A stretch of 64,000 nt of DNA from a virus (lineage: Duplodnaviria > Caudoviricetes): IMG/VR virus record IMGVR_UViG_3300044829_000002, positions 12,916 through 76,915 of that record; one strand, 5' to 3'. The notes beneath the pieces are model-generated. The model did not search any database, had not been told where the DNA came from, and was given only the letters and a program-made list of their open reading frames with translations. This document shows, one piece after another, positions 34,900 through 44,463 of the stretch. Made by a program: the position numbers and the translations under genes. The first letter of the stretch is position 1, and every line of letters begins with the position of its first letter.

Positions 34900-36642
34900 C
34901 TAATCCTTTCCGTGAACCCTAGCGGCCAACTGGCTGGACAGCAACCGCAAGGCCCTCTGGTCGAGTTCAGCGTCGGTCGGCTGCGAGGTATGAACCGACA
35001 CCAAACCGGACGCGATCATAGCTTCGATTTTACCGGACGCAGAAACATACGTCCGAACGCGAGGCACCTGGAACCCTGACACGTTGACCGTCAGCATGCC
35101 AACAAGCCGGAGTTGCCCGCCGATCATCCGCCAGTCCGGCGACACCTGTCCAGAGGCCCGCAACGCCTGCACCCGTGCGGCCTGAGCCGACGGCCGGATA
35201 GCACCGGCAACCCAGATCCCGGCTTTGCAGTTCCCGGTGACGATGTCAGCAACTACTGCCTCGGTATTGTCGTAATGCTCGGCTGCGCGCTGCCACGATC
35301 CGATCGTCAGTGACGCGTGCCCGATCCCGGCCGTGATCTGCCCGACCGCCACACTCGTCCCGTCATCGCACGACTGACTGCCGGTCAAGTAGTAGGAGTG
35401 GAAGTCTTCACGCGGTGGCAGAATGCACTCTCCCTGATATCCCAGGTGACAGACACCCCATTCGGTTGCCAGGCCGTAGACCTGACCGGAATCAGTGACC
35501 GTGATCGGCGTGGGCACCTTGATCTCAGGATCATTGAACCAGTCCCTCTTCGGCCGATACGTGTCGTGCCAGGCATGGGCGACAAGCGCATGCTGCGGCT
35601 CAAACGGTGGCTGCTTCTGTCCGGCCGCTTCCAGGTGTGCAGCCAGATGGTTGTAGACCGCTTCCTTCTCATGCTCAGGGATGCGCGAGCCATGCACGGC
35701 GTTGATCACTGCCGTGCATGCCGAAATGTTTGCCGGTCCCGGCACGCCGGTGTCGCTGATCTCGTGATGCAAGAATCGGCATTCATCCCGCTTGACGTAA
35801 TCGTTCGCGTCGTCGGTGTCCACGAACGCATACGCGGCACGTGCCGCCGCTGGACTCGTGTTGGCCGCGAGTCGCGCTTCCTGAGCCGCCCCGTCCCATG
35901 CCTCGCTGGACAACTCGGACTCATGGACCGACACGGCAGCTCGGACGATCAGTGCGGCTGCGGCTACGACCGTCCCCCCGTCCGCACCATCGATCGTGTG
36001 CAGGGTCGCCTCGACGTAGGCAGGGATGTCGCACAGTGTCGCGGCCCGCATCCGTGCCGAGTGAAAGATGATCTTTTTGGGGGATGCGAACAGCAGCGAG
36101 ATAATGTCGCCGTCGTCCTCGGATTCGTTGTCCTCGTCGTCCCACACGTACTCGACATCAGCGTCCGTGATGTCATCAGCGTTGATCGAGACTCCGTTGA
36201 GCATCTGATCGCCCATCCGCCGCTGCGCCTCGGCGGCGTCGGCGTGAGTGTCGAACCGGCCCTCGCCGTAGATCAGCGCACCGTCGCGCCACACCCGATC
36301 GATCCGGCCGACCGCGACGGTCACGTCGTGGTCGCCGCCATGACTGGATTCTTTCTGCCATTGCAACGGCATCGTCACTGTGGCGGTGTCAACCCAACTC
36401 AGCGAGTCGGTGGCGAACTCCCGGCCGTCTCCGGTGGGGGTGCCTTCGACCACGAGCACGCCACGCCATTGAGTGGTGGCGCTGTCGGCTGTGAACGTCT
36501 CCGCGTCTCCGCTCATGCCGGACATCATGGGAGCGAACGTCTCCACCGTCTCAGTCTCGCTCGCGTTGTCTTTGAGTCGCTTGTCCTTTTTGGTGCCCTC
36601 GTTGGGCTTCCCTCCAAGCACCGCGCTGTCCGTGGTGGTCAT
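34900..36642 (-). CDS. capsid maturation protease-like protein (cluster-B-like)
   Basis: WRGVLVVEGTPTGDGREF...VAVGRIDRVWRDG; second domain GLATEWGVCHLG...AVGQIT...WVAG. Confidence 0.75.
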   Translation of the reverse strand: MTTTDSAVLGGKPNEGTKKDKRLKDNASETETVETFAPMMSGMSGDAETFTADSATTQWRGVLVVEGTPTGDGREFATDSLSWVDTATVTMPLQWQKESSHGGDHDVTVAVGRIDRVWRDGALIYGEGRFDTHADAAEAQRRMGDQMLNGVSINADDITDADVEYVWDDEDNESEDDGDIISLLFASPKKIIFHSARMRAATLCDIPAYVEATLHTIDGADGGTVVAAAALIVRAAVSVHESELSSEAWDGAAQEARLAANTSPAAARAAYAFVDTDDANDYVKRDECRFLHHEISDTGVPGPANISACTAVINAVHGSRIPEHEKEAVYNHLAAHLEAAGQKQPPFEPQHALVAHAWHDTYRPKRDWFNDPEIKVPTPITVTDSGQVYGLATEWGVCHLGYQGECILPPREDFHSYYLTGSQSCDDGTSVAVGQITAGIGHASLTIGSWQRAAEHYDNTEAVVADIVTGNCKAGIWVAGAIRPSAQAARVQALRASGQVSPDWRMIGGQLRLVGMLTVNVSGFQVPRVRTYVSASGKIEAMIASGLVSVHTSQPTDAELDQRALRLLSSQLAARVHGKD

Positions 36643-38075
36643 GTCGTCTCCTCATCAGATGGGCTCAAAATATCAGGCGCAAGCGAAATATCGGTGGCCT
36701 GATCACCGAACGCGACCCGTACACGGTCGAACATGATTGGCCCGACTCGTTTCAACGCCTCCGACAACAGGTCTAGGTCGGTCGAATATGCCAAGCAGCA
36801 ATGAGGCGACCAAGGCTCATGCTGCAAGGGAAGCGCCTCGAACATGTCGGCAGAATCGATCACGTGACGGGCCTCATCGAACGCATCGGTCAGGTACCCG
36901 GTCGGGCCGTCCCCGACATTAAGCACCAGCGCCGGGGTGTCGCTGATCGGATTCCAGATCGCCACACCGAACCCGCTGGCCTCGATCACACCGTAGCCGC
37001 TGAACAGAGACTCGGCGTTAGCGACGACCGACTGCCTCGCCGTGTCATCCCAGGTTGCCGCATCACCGAGGAACAGCAGCGTCAGATGCAACTCGTCGCG
37101 GGGCTCGCCGCCGTCGAGCGCCAGCCGGTCAAGATCGATATCAGCCGGGATGAGTGCGATCATCGCCCCAGTGTGTGCGGGTACGGCTGCAATCAGCGCG
37201 GCCGACGCCGTCTCGCCCTCTGAGTCAATGGCGGCATCGCCGACTTGATCGTCAGGGATATCGAACTGTAGCGTACAGCGACAATTAATCGTATTTGCGG
37301 GCGAACCACCCGCATCGTGCGGTCTGGACATGGCTTCACCGCCGACCTCGAAGTTGTCATTCAGATCCACCGTCTGACCGCTGGCTTCCAGATGCCACGG
37401 CCGAGTCCGTGGACCCCCAGTGGACAGCCATGTCTTAGTCGCCGGAACATTGAGCGCCTGCATCTGACTCAACGCTCCCGCGTTTGCCGCTCCGTTGACT
37501 TCCGTCCTGGCGATAACCTCAGCTCGCGGCATGGACAGGCCTGTGGCCGAGTTGATCGCCCGCGCCATATCGGCAATGCCGGACCCGGCCTGCAACTCGT
37601 CCAGCAGAGCGCCGCGTGCATGCTCCCAGATTTCGTTGCCGATGTTGACCAGCCGGTTGCGGGCTTCCTGTAAATACTGCTCGACGGCCGGGTTGGTCAC
37701 GCGTGGAATATCGAACGCAACGCCAGCCAGACCAGGCGGCATGCCAGGGTCGGTCAGGCCAGTGTCGAGCGGGTCACTGAGAGGGTCAGCGAGAGGATCG
37801 ACTGACGCGATCAGTCCCGGATTCAACGCCCTGACGATCGGCACGGCGACGTCATTGACACCCTGCCAGTAGGCGTGAGCCACAACCGGCAACAGTCGCG
37901 CATCGACACGCTTATCCCACACTGTGCGGATCGAGCCGAGATCATCAACGCTCACGCTCCGGCTCAATCCGCTTGTCACGCTGCGGAGTGTTCCTCGGAT
38001 CTCGGCGGTGACCCGCACGGTGATGTCGTCGCCTAGCTGATCGAGCGCGGACAGGCTTGGGCCGTTGACGCGCAT
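36639..38075 (-). CDS. MuF-like minor head protein fused to a 2H phosphoesterase (2'-5' RNA ligase-like)
   Basis: RAEVIARTEV..KTWL..RTRPWH..NCRC (MuF), then TGAMIALIP..GGEPRDELHLTLLFLG...PWSPHCCLAY (two Hx(T) motifs). Confidence 0.85.
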   Translation of the reverse strand: MRVNGPSLSALDQLGDDITVRVTAEIRGTLRSVTSGLSRSVSVDDLGSIRTVWDKRVDARLLPVVAHAYWQGVNDVAVPIVRALNPGLIASVDPLADPLSDPLDTGLTDPGMPPGLAGVAFDIPRVTNPAVEQYLQEARNRLVNIGNEIWEHARGALLDELQAGSGIADMARAINSATGLSMPRAEVIARTEVNGAANAGALSQMQALNVPATKTWLSTGGPRTRPWHLEASGQTVDLNDNFEVGGEAMSRPHDAGGSPANTINCRCTLQFDIPDDQVGDAAIDSEGETASAALIAAVPAHTGAMIALIPADIDLDRLALDGGEPRDELHLTLLFLGDAATWDDTARQSVVANAESLFSGYGVIEASGFGVAIWNPISDTPALVLNVGDGPTGYLTDAFDEARHVIDSADMFEALPLQHEPWSPHCCLAYSTDLDLLSEALKRVGPIMFDRVRVAFGDQATDISLAPDILSPSDEETT

Positions 38076-38078
38076 GGC

Positions 38079-39893
38079 TCACCGCACGACCGGACTCAGC
38101 GTCGGCAGCATGTTCACTACCGCCGCGTCGGTCATGCGCGTACCGATGCGGGGTGAGCCGTCCGGTGCGAGATAGCACTGGTAGGCACCGGGGCTGCCGG
38201 GTCGAGCTTTGATGAAGTCACCCCAGGTGCCGGTGTTCACCGGGCATTGGAACAGGTGAGCCTGGCATTCAGCCGGGTGCAGCAGCTCGTACCCGCCGTT
38301 GCTCAACGGGGAGATACGGATTGCGTGCGGCAGTCGTGCCTGCTTCAAGAGTTGGACGGTGTGTGCTTCGCTGCCTGGTCCAGGCTTGCCGTCAGGTGGC
38401 GGGACAGGCTGTTCGGGTGGCGTATTGGTCGGTGACGGCTCCGGCTCTGCACCTGAAACGGCCGGTGCGTCCGTCGGGATCGTTCGCGTAGTGCCGATCG
38501 GTACCTCGACGTAGACGCCGGTCAGTTCCTTCAACGCGGCGAACGCGGTGGCCGGGTCTGTGGAGAGTTTCAGCAGGATCATCCTGATCAGCTCGTCGTT
38601 GGACGGCTTGTCATCCTCATCGAACCCGATCTCGCGCCGCAACGCTTCACCGGATATTTCGCCCAGGCCGTAGGCGGTGACCGCCTTGTCGGAACGGTCG
38701 GGGCGGATGGTGATTTCGCTCGCGTCGTACCAGACGACGATGTCCTCGATGCTTTCTCCGGCCGCGAGGAGACGCGGATGGAGGTAGCCCTCGGTCAACG
38801 CCTGGCAGATCAGTTCCGTGTCGGGTGCCAGGTATCGCTTGAATGATGTTTCCTCGATCAGCCAGCCGGACCAATGGTTGATGTCGGCCATGCCGAGCAG
38901 TGATTCCGGGGGGACGTCCAAGTCCATTGCTAGCCGCTTGTCGGCAGCCTCCCGCTTCTCGATGATCTTCTGATCGAGTTTCATCGTGAAATCGATGTGT
39001 TGCACCTTGTCCACGTATTCCGCCGCGATGCGGATCGGCATGGGCACCACGGCCGACGCTGAGCCGGGGGTGCTGATCGCTTCCGCCGCGATCTCGATCC
39101 ATTCGGCGACGAACGGGTCGGCCGCGTCCTGGAATTCTTCTCGCACAGGGAAGGTGACTTCGTTCGGCAGTACGAGCAGGCCCGCCGATGCGATGCGGGA
39201 AAGATACTGGCTGACGATGTGCCGGTTCGCCAGCTCAAGCTCGCGCATGGTGGATCGTGCGGCGCGTGCTGAGGAGTCGGCGATGTGGAAGAACCGCTTG
39301 TGGGGTCGCCACACCCGGACCACGAGGGATTCAGCGGACAGGGACCGCCAGCGGATGGTGTTGCCCGCCGACCGCTCATCCACTACCTGATACGGCGACA
39401 CCGCATTCTCAGCCGTTCCGTAGCGACTGGCGGCGGTCGGCCGATACCGGACCTCGTCGGTGGAGCGGGCGGTCCACACGTTCCGCCCGTCGGCCAGGGT
39501 CTCTCCGATGATGAATCCTTCACCGGGGACCGAGAGATACACGGCGAGGTTGGACATGATGCCGGATTGGGCACCGGCTGATAGTTCGGAGATCAGGTCA
39601 GCGGCGGGGCCGACGTCGAGAATGGTCGGCTCGTCTTGACCGGCGTCCTTTTTCGCGGCACGGAGCCGAACGCGGGACAGCATGTCCGCTTTCCACATGA
39701 CGGCGTTGCGGAACATGCCGAGCGAATCCCAGTAGCCCCACGCTTCCCGCTGCCATTCCTGCTCATCGGGTAGCAGTTTGGAACGGTATGGGTCGGTGGC
39801 TGATTGCTGGCTGACGATGGTCGCGGCAGCTACTAGTCCGGCAGACGACTGTTTCGGTGTGGGCGCGAGCCAGGACAGCAGCCTTAGTGCCAT
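38079..39893 (-). CDS. portal protein
   Basis: EWQREAWGYWD..VRVWRPH..ADSSARA..RLAMDLDVPPESLLGMADINHWSGW; position. Confidence 0.85.
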   Translation of the reverse strand: MALRLLSWLAPTPKQSSAGLVAAATIVSQQSATDPYRSKLLPDEQEWQREAWGYWDSLGMFRNAVMWKADMLSRVRLRAAKKDAGQDEPTILDVGPAADLISELSAGAQSGIMSNLAVYLSVPGEGFIIGETLADGRNVWTARSTDEVRYRPTAASRYGTAENAVSPYQVVDERSAGNTIRWRSLSAESLVVRVWRPHKRFFHIADSSARAARSTMRELELANRHIVSQYLSRIASAGLLVLPNEVTFPVREEFQDAADPFVAEWIEIAAEAISTPGSASAVVPMPIRIAAEYVDKVQHIDFTMKLDQKIIEKREAADKRLAMDLDVPPESLLGMADINHWSGWLIEETSFKRYLAPDTELICQALTEGYLHPRLLAAGESIEDIVVWYDASEITIRPDRSDKAVTAYGLGEISGEALRREIGFDEDDKPSNDELIRMILLKLSTDPATAFAALKELTGVYVEVPIGTTRTIPTDAPAVSGAEPEPSPTNTPPEQPVPPPDGKPGPGSEAHTVQLLKQARLPHAIRISPLSNGGYELLHPAECQAHLFQCPVNTGTWGDFIKARPGSPGAYQCYLAPDGSPRIGTRMTDAAVVNMLPTLSPVVR

Positions 39894-39970
39894 TGCCGCG
39901 CCTCCCAAACGTTACGGTTTGTAGCGCAGCATATCTACCGGGAGTCGATTTTGCCGCGTCGTCTTCGCGG

Positions 39971-40555
39971 CTAGATCCAACGCCGGGGTAATCCCTGAGT
40001 GCCGCCGCCTCGGTCCCAGTGCCAGTTATAGGTCACTTCTGGCAAGTGAACGATCTTGGCATTCTGCGCCACGCAGTCCATCGTGAATCGCTCGTCTTCC
40101 CCGCCGACGATCGGCCACTCCTCATCAGGTGGCGTGAACCGTACCGCCTGCGCCAGCTCGGTTCTCACCATCACCCCGGACATGCTGCCGGTGATGTGGG
40201 GCTCGGCGTTGTCGAACGGCTTGCCGAAATACGGCAGTGGGTCCGGGCCGCGAATGTAGGTCAGGTCATACCAGCCGTATACGTAGTCCGCGTCGGTGTC
40301 CTCGGCGCAGGCTAGTAGTCGTTCGATGTGCTGCGGCTTGTGCTCGTCGTCGTCGTCCAAGAACGCAACCCACGTGGTACGCACACCGGCCAGCGCCCGA
40401 TTGCGGGTGTCCCATGCACCGATGTGAAACAGATCCACAGCGACAGACACACCGTCAACCCGGTGGGTCTGCTCCCACACCGAATCGAGCGCCCGCCACA
40501 GCAAGTCTCGACGCGGCGGGATGGTTGGAATAGCGACCGTCACGTCGCGTTTCAT
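39971..40555 (-). CDS. glycosyltransferase family 2
   Basis: VAIPTIPPRRDLL..ALDSV..TRNRAL..WVAFLDDDDE..GGED. Confidence 0.85.
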   Translation of the reverse strand: MKRDVTVAIPTIPPRRDLLWRALDSVWEQTHRVDGVSVAVDLFHIGAWDTRNRALAGVRTTWVAFLDDDDEHKPQHIERLLACAEDTDADYVYGWYDLTYIRGPDPLPYFGKPFDNAEPHITGSMSGVMVRTELAQAVRFTPPDEEWPIVGGEDERFTMDCVAQNAKIVHLPEVTYNWHWDRGGGTQGLPRRWI

Positions 40556-40860
40556 CAGCCGAGGCGGTCCACGAGTACAGCGGCGGCTCCCCACACGGCC
40601 AGCCAGATCAACACCGGCAGCGGTAGGCCCCGGATCAGCCAGGTACCACCCACCAACCCGAGGGAGATCCAGCCGGAGGAGCACCAGTGACAGGACACCA
40701 ACTCACCGATAGCCCAGTGATTGCCGTTGGGCCGGTCCGGTCGCAGCCCCACGATCTTGTCCCGTGTCCACTGGACGGGCGGGAAATCGTCCTTGACTGT
40801 CAGCCGCGTTAAGCGAGCTGACCCAACCGATAATACAATCAGTAGTAGCCAGAGTGTCAT
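40555..40860 (-). CDS. DUF1360-like membrane protein
   Basis: ARLTRLTVKDD...GELVSCHWCSSGW. Confidence 0.7.
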   Translation of the reverse strand: MTLWLLLIVLSVGSARLTRLTVKDDFPPVQWTRDKIVGLRPDRPNGNHWAIGELVSCHWCSSGWISLGLVGGTWLIRGLPLPVLIWLAVWGAAAVLVDRLG

Positions 40861-41399
40861 TCTCCCACCACTCTCAATATCCCCAACTCGTGCGGACATA
40901 CGCCGCCATTGATATGCCGCCCGAAATTACAGTTAGCGCACAACACCCGGAATCCTGCCGGGTAGCCGCGTTTACGTAGCCAGCCAGCGAGACGCACGCC
41001 ATTAGTTTCGCGTCGATGAGCCGCGCCGTTGCTCTCAATGTGATCTAGTTGCAGAAACGCTCGCTCAGTCTCGCCGCAGCAACAGCAGAACCCGCCATAC
41101 GCGTCAATGGCTGCCTGCTGATCCGCTCTCGCCCACGATGCGTTCTGCTCTCGACGTCGTTCACGATTGAGTTCTCGGAGTTCTCGTTCCCGAGGTTTGT
41201 ACGCCTCGTTATATGCCTTGACGTGCTCCCGATGCTTAGCTCCCCAAACCCTATGCCGCTCTCGGTACAACTCTCGGTGAGCTTGGCGGTACGCTCTCAT
41301 GCACGTTTTACATTGACTGCACAGGCCGTCTTTCTTACCCTTGCTGCGCCAGAACTCATCGTCGGGCTTGCTTACCTTGCAACCCGTACAACGCCTCAT
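40857..41399 (-). CDS. HNH endonuclease with N-terminal zinc finger
   Basis: CTGCKVSKP..F..DGLCSQCKTC; CCCCGE..LQLDHI..VLCANCN. Confidence 0.8.
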   Translation of the reverse strand: MRRCTGCKVSKPDDEFWRSKGKKDGLCSQCKTCMRAYRQAHRELYRERHRVWGAKHREHVKAYNEAYKPRERELRELNRERRREQNASWARADQQAAIDAYGGFCCCCGETERAFLQLDHIESNGAAHRRETNGVRLAGWLRKRGYPAGFRVLCANCNFGRHINGGVCPHELGILRVVGE

Positions 41400-41635
41400 G
41401 CCCGCTCCGGCCAGTGCCAGGTGCCGCCGGGTGAATCCTCCGGCATCGAATGGCCGATGTGCTGATTGAGGAAGATGCCTTGCGGGTTCATCACGGCCAG
41501 CCCTACTCGGTGCTCGTCGTCGTCGGCGTCCACTTCGGTCACGATCGCGGCGCGGCATTGCTGCGTGTACTCGCCGCCCGGTGTGCCGTAGCTGACGTAG
41601 TGAACGATGCGGCCCACGGTCGGTTGCTCAGTCAT
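41396..41635 (-). CDS. conserved phage protein
   Basis: PTVGRIVHYVSYGTPGGEY..CRAAIVTEV...GTWHWPER. Confidence 0.75.
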   Translation of the reverse strand: MTEQPTVGRIVHYVSYGTPGGEYTQQCRAAIVTEVDADDDEHRVGLAVMNPQGIFLNQHIGHSMPEDSPGGTWHWPERA

Positions 41636-41937
41636 GGCGCGACCTCCGGCGCGGCGTGCTCGCCAGGCTCGTCAGGCGGCACCCCCAGTAGCGGCGTGCT
41701 CGAATGAGTGTGTGGTGCGATGTAGCCAGCGACAGCGGCGCCGAGTGCGGAAATGACCAGCAACACCAGACCGGCCACAGGAGTAGGCACCGCAGCGACC
41801 GCGTCGGCAACATCAGCAGCGTCACCCGACGCGCCCCACACGGACACGCCAAGCAGCCACAGACCGAACGTGCCGAGCACGGCACCAGCACCAGACCCGG
41901 CCGTGGCAGCAACGACCTTCGTCTCGATCGCGCTCAT
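41632..41937 (-). CDS. holin-like membrane protein
   Basis: two TM segments ending AGYIAPHT; follows the endolysin. Confidence 0.6.
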   Translation of the reverse strand: MSAIETKVVAATAGSGAGAVLGTFGLWLLGVSVWGASGDAADVADAVAAVPTPVAGLVLLVISALGAAVAGYIAPHTHSSTPLLGVPPDEPGEHAAPEVAP

Positions 41938-42944
41938 GCTGGCCCCACAGGGTCAAGAGTGACGTTGCCAGTGTATTTCTGTGCGGGCAGTGCGGCAGCA
42001 ATGGCGGTGACAAGCGCTGCCAGTTGCGCATCTGAGAGGGAGAGGTTTACAACGGGAGGGTCTGCCTTGATCGCAGCCACGATCTCAGCCGTCGTCGGAA
42101 AGTCCAATGCGTTGACGGCAGCTACCGTGTCAGTACCAGCCTTGGTCGCTGCCTTTGTCGCGTTGTTCCCGGCAGCCGTAGCCGAGTTGCCTGCATTCAC
42201 CGCGTTCTGCGCGATAGTGCGCAACGGCGGATCACTGGTCACCACGGCGTATCGGATATCCGATACCCACTGTCTCGTATCTTGCAGGAATTGATGTTCC
42301 TCGGGTGTCATGTCGTCTCCTGTCGAGCTGTTGGCATAAGGGGAATCGGCGGGCCAGTGAGCATGCAACGCGCTCACGTCGGTGATCACGTTGCGATCTG
42401 TCGAGTATCCGGGAATGTAGTTGCCGACTTGCTGCCAGATGCAGATGTCGGGTGAACTGGCCGACCAGCCGGGGAAAGCCGTCGATGCGGACAGCCAGCA
42501 CTTCTGATCGATGATCCGATTGGCCCGCAGGTACTTGGCGAGATCTCCTTGCCCGTAGAACGAGATCAGATAGCGGCCCGCGTTGATGTCCTGAATGCCC
42601 CGGAACGCGTCAGCCACCGCGCCGTAACTCGACGTGGGCACGTTGACGTCCACGCTGAACGGGAACCAGATGGTGCCGTCGGCCGGGAACTCGCAGCGGA
42701 TCGCGCCCTCAATACCGATCCGCGCCGCAGCTTGTCCAGCCGAACGGTTGGAGACTAGTTCCCACAGGCCGCGCTCGTAATTGGGCCAGGCACCCAGCCC
42801 AGCGGCGCGCAGCGCGTTGACATGCGATGCCGATTGGGCATATTGACCGGAGACGTAGACGTTGGAAGCGATGATGCCAGCAGCTTTGAGCACGCTCGGT
42901 GGCGGCGGGAACGCGTGATCAGATGCGAACAGAGGACCAGCCAT
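41934..42944 (-). CDS. endolysin, DUF1906/GH25-like glycoside hydrolase
   Basis: N-terminal TIM-barrel-like domain (NYE..IWFPFSVD..SFYG..WQQ..DRN), linker, helical C-terminus; lysis cassette context. Confidence 0.75.
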   Translation of the reverse strand: MAGPLFASDHAFPPPPSVLKAAGIIASNVYVSGQYAQSASHVNALRAAGLGAWPNYERGLWELVSNRSAGQAAARIGIEGAIRCEFPADGTIWFPFSVDVNVPTSSYGAVADAFRGIQDINAGRYLISFYGQGDLAKYLRANRIIDQKCWLSASTAFPGWSASSPDICIWQQVGNYIPGYSTDRNVITDVSALHAHWPADSPYANSSTGDDMTPEEHQFLQDTRQWVSDIRYAVVTSDPPLRTIAQNAVNAGNSATAAGNNATKAATKAGTDTVAAVNALDFPTTAEIVAAIKADPPVVNLSLSDAQLAALVTAIAAALPAQKYTGNVTLDPVGPA

Positions 42945-42953
42945 GCCTGAACC

Positions 42954-43295
42954 TTATCGTCTAGCTATTTCATCACCGACGTACTGATGACTGACTGTGC
43001 CGCGTCTGCGAAACACGGCGGCAGCGAACAGCCACAGCCGCCACCATAGACAGATCACGACGAACCCGAACGCGAGCAGCCGCAGCCATTGAAACGTCAC
43101 CGAGCGGGGATTAACGAAGTGGCTCAAGGTTGACAGGTCGAGCACGAGCGCAATGGAGATCATGTACATCATCAAGTGCTTGCCGATCGCGGTCCTCCGC
43201 CACGGCACGCGCGTGTATGCCAACGGCGCCAGGTTGGCTGGGACACAAGCCACGTACAGCATCCATGTCCCTATCGTGATCAACGTCGGGTTCAT
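42954..43295 (-). CDS. membrane protein (lysis cassette)
   Basis: three TM segments, PWRRTAIGKHLM motif. Confidence 0.7.
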   Translation of the reverse strand: MNPTLITIGTWMLYVACVPANLAPLAYTRVPWRRTAIGKHLMMYMISIALVLDLSTLSHFVNPRSVTFQWLRLLAFGFVVICLWWRLWLFAAAVFRRRGTVSHQYVGDEIARR

Positions 43296-43501
43296 TCCTG
43301 ACCGTCTCTCCCGCTGAGAACCTGGACCAGATCCTCAGCGATGTAGTTACGTTCGATTCGTCGCGTGAGTTTCTGAACAAGTGCTTTGACCTCAGACGCT
43401 TCATTGTGTGTTTGGGCCAGAAGTTTCTTCGCCTCATTGTGTGTTTCGGTGTGCTTGGCTTGCTGTTGACGTCCGCGTCGCCAGTTCAGCACCCTAATCA
43501 C
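43292..43501 (-). CDS. hypothetical protein (lysis cassette)
   Basis: helical; RRIERNYIAE motif; overlapping start/stop. Confidence 0.6.
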   Translation of the reverse strand: MIRVLNWRRGRQQQAKHTETHNEAKKLLAQTHNEASEVKALVQKLTRRIERNYIAEDLVQVLSGRDGQE

Positions 43502-43790
43502 CGCCTAACTCGCTCCTGCCGTGCTTGGCCCGTACCGCCTGGTCAACAGCCTCGAACGTCTTCTGTGCAGCCAGCGCGGTCGGCAGGATAACCTGCTGGA
43601 ACTGTGAGCGGTTCTCTAGGGCGAGGCTACGCCACAGGTCACGGTCAGCTTTAACTTCCTCGTAAGTGCTGCGCTGCACCCAATCTCGCAGTACGGAGCG
43701 AGGCCACCACCGTCCGGTGAAGATCATCAGTACGGCGATTGTGACCAGGCCGCCGGCTCCGATGGGTGCGGCCAGGCTCCACTGAATCAT
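43494..43790 (-). CDS. membrane protein (lysis cassette)
   Basis: N-terminal TM, then coiled coil RDLWRSLA. Confidence 0.65.
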   Translation of the reverse strand: MIQWSLAAPIGAGGLVTIAVLMIFTGRWWPRSVLRDWVQRSTYEEVKADRDLWRSLALENRSQFQQVILPTALAAQKTFEAVDQAVRAKHGRSELGGD

Positions 43791-44419
43791 CAGCGAGTAG
43801 CGATCAGGATGGTCACACCGACCGACACCATCAGGATCACGGTGCCGATGATTGACAAGAGCTGCGCCGTGTCCAGCCGCCGCGCGTTGGTGTTGTCCAC
43901 GCCACCGGCCCGGTATTGCTCGATCGTGGTCAGTCGATCCTTCAAGTCAGCGATCTGCGCGGCCAGCGCGTCGGTCGTTGACTTGAACAACTCGGCCAGT
44001 TTGTTGATCGTTTCGCCGGTGGCGACCTCGGATTTATTGATCGCCAGCGTGTTGGACTTGTTCTGCTCGGAGCTGGCTTCCTTCTGCGCGGCAAATGCCG
44101 CGTCTACAGCAACCTTGTTGTCTCGCGCCTCCCGTTCCTGGCGGGTGTCGCGCTCAGCGAATTGGGTGCCGACGGAATGGAACTTCTCATCCGACAGCTC
44201 CCGCAGATGGGTGATCTCTTTCTGAATGTCGGTCGGAGTCCGGTTCACGGTCTCATTCAGCAGTCGAGTGGCAGTGTCGATGCCACGCAGCCGTTCGCGG
44301 ATCACGTCGAGCTGGCCGTCCACGTAATCCCGTTCTGCCTGCACCGACCGGATCAGTTGCTCGGTCGTGAGCACGGTCGGATCTGGTACTGGGGGTCTTT
44401 CAACACTGGTCATGATCAC
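43790..44419 (-). CDS. coiled-coil protein with C-terminal TM segment
   Basis: PVPDPTVLTTEQL..KVAVDAAFAAQKEA..; terminal hydrophobic helix. Confidence 0.7.
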   Translation of the reverse strand: MIMTSVERPPVPDPTVLTTEQLIRSVQAERDYVDGQLDVIRERLRGIDTATRLLNETVNRTPTDIQKEITHLRELSDEKFHSVGTQFAERDTRQEREARDNKVAVDAAFAAQKEASSEQNKSNTLAINKSEVATGETINKLAELFKSTTDALAAQIADLKDRLTTIEQYRAGGVDNTNARRLDTAQLLSIIGTVILMVSVGVTILIATR

Positions 44420-44463
44420 CCTCCCCTTAATTCACAGGAAGCGTATATGACCGCAAGCGAATT

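Noticed and set aside
35317-36702. 461-aa + strand ORF (likewise 46172-47515, 3078-3941, 21533-22273, 30130-30876)
   Set aside because: Each overlaps a minus-strand gene with clear family motifs; long antisense ORFs are expected in high-GC DNA.
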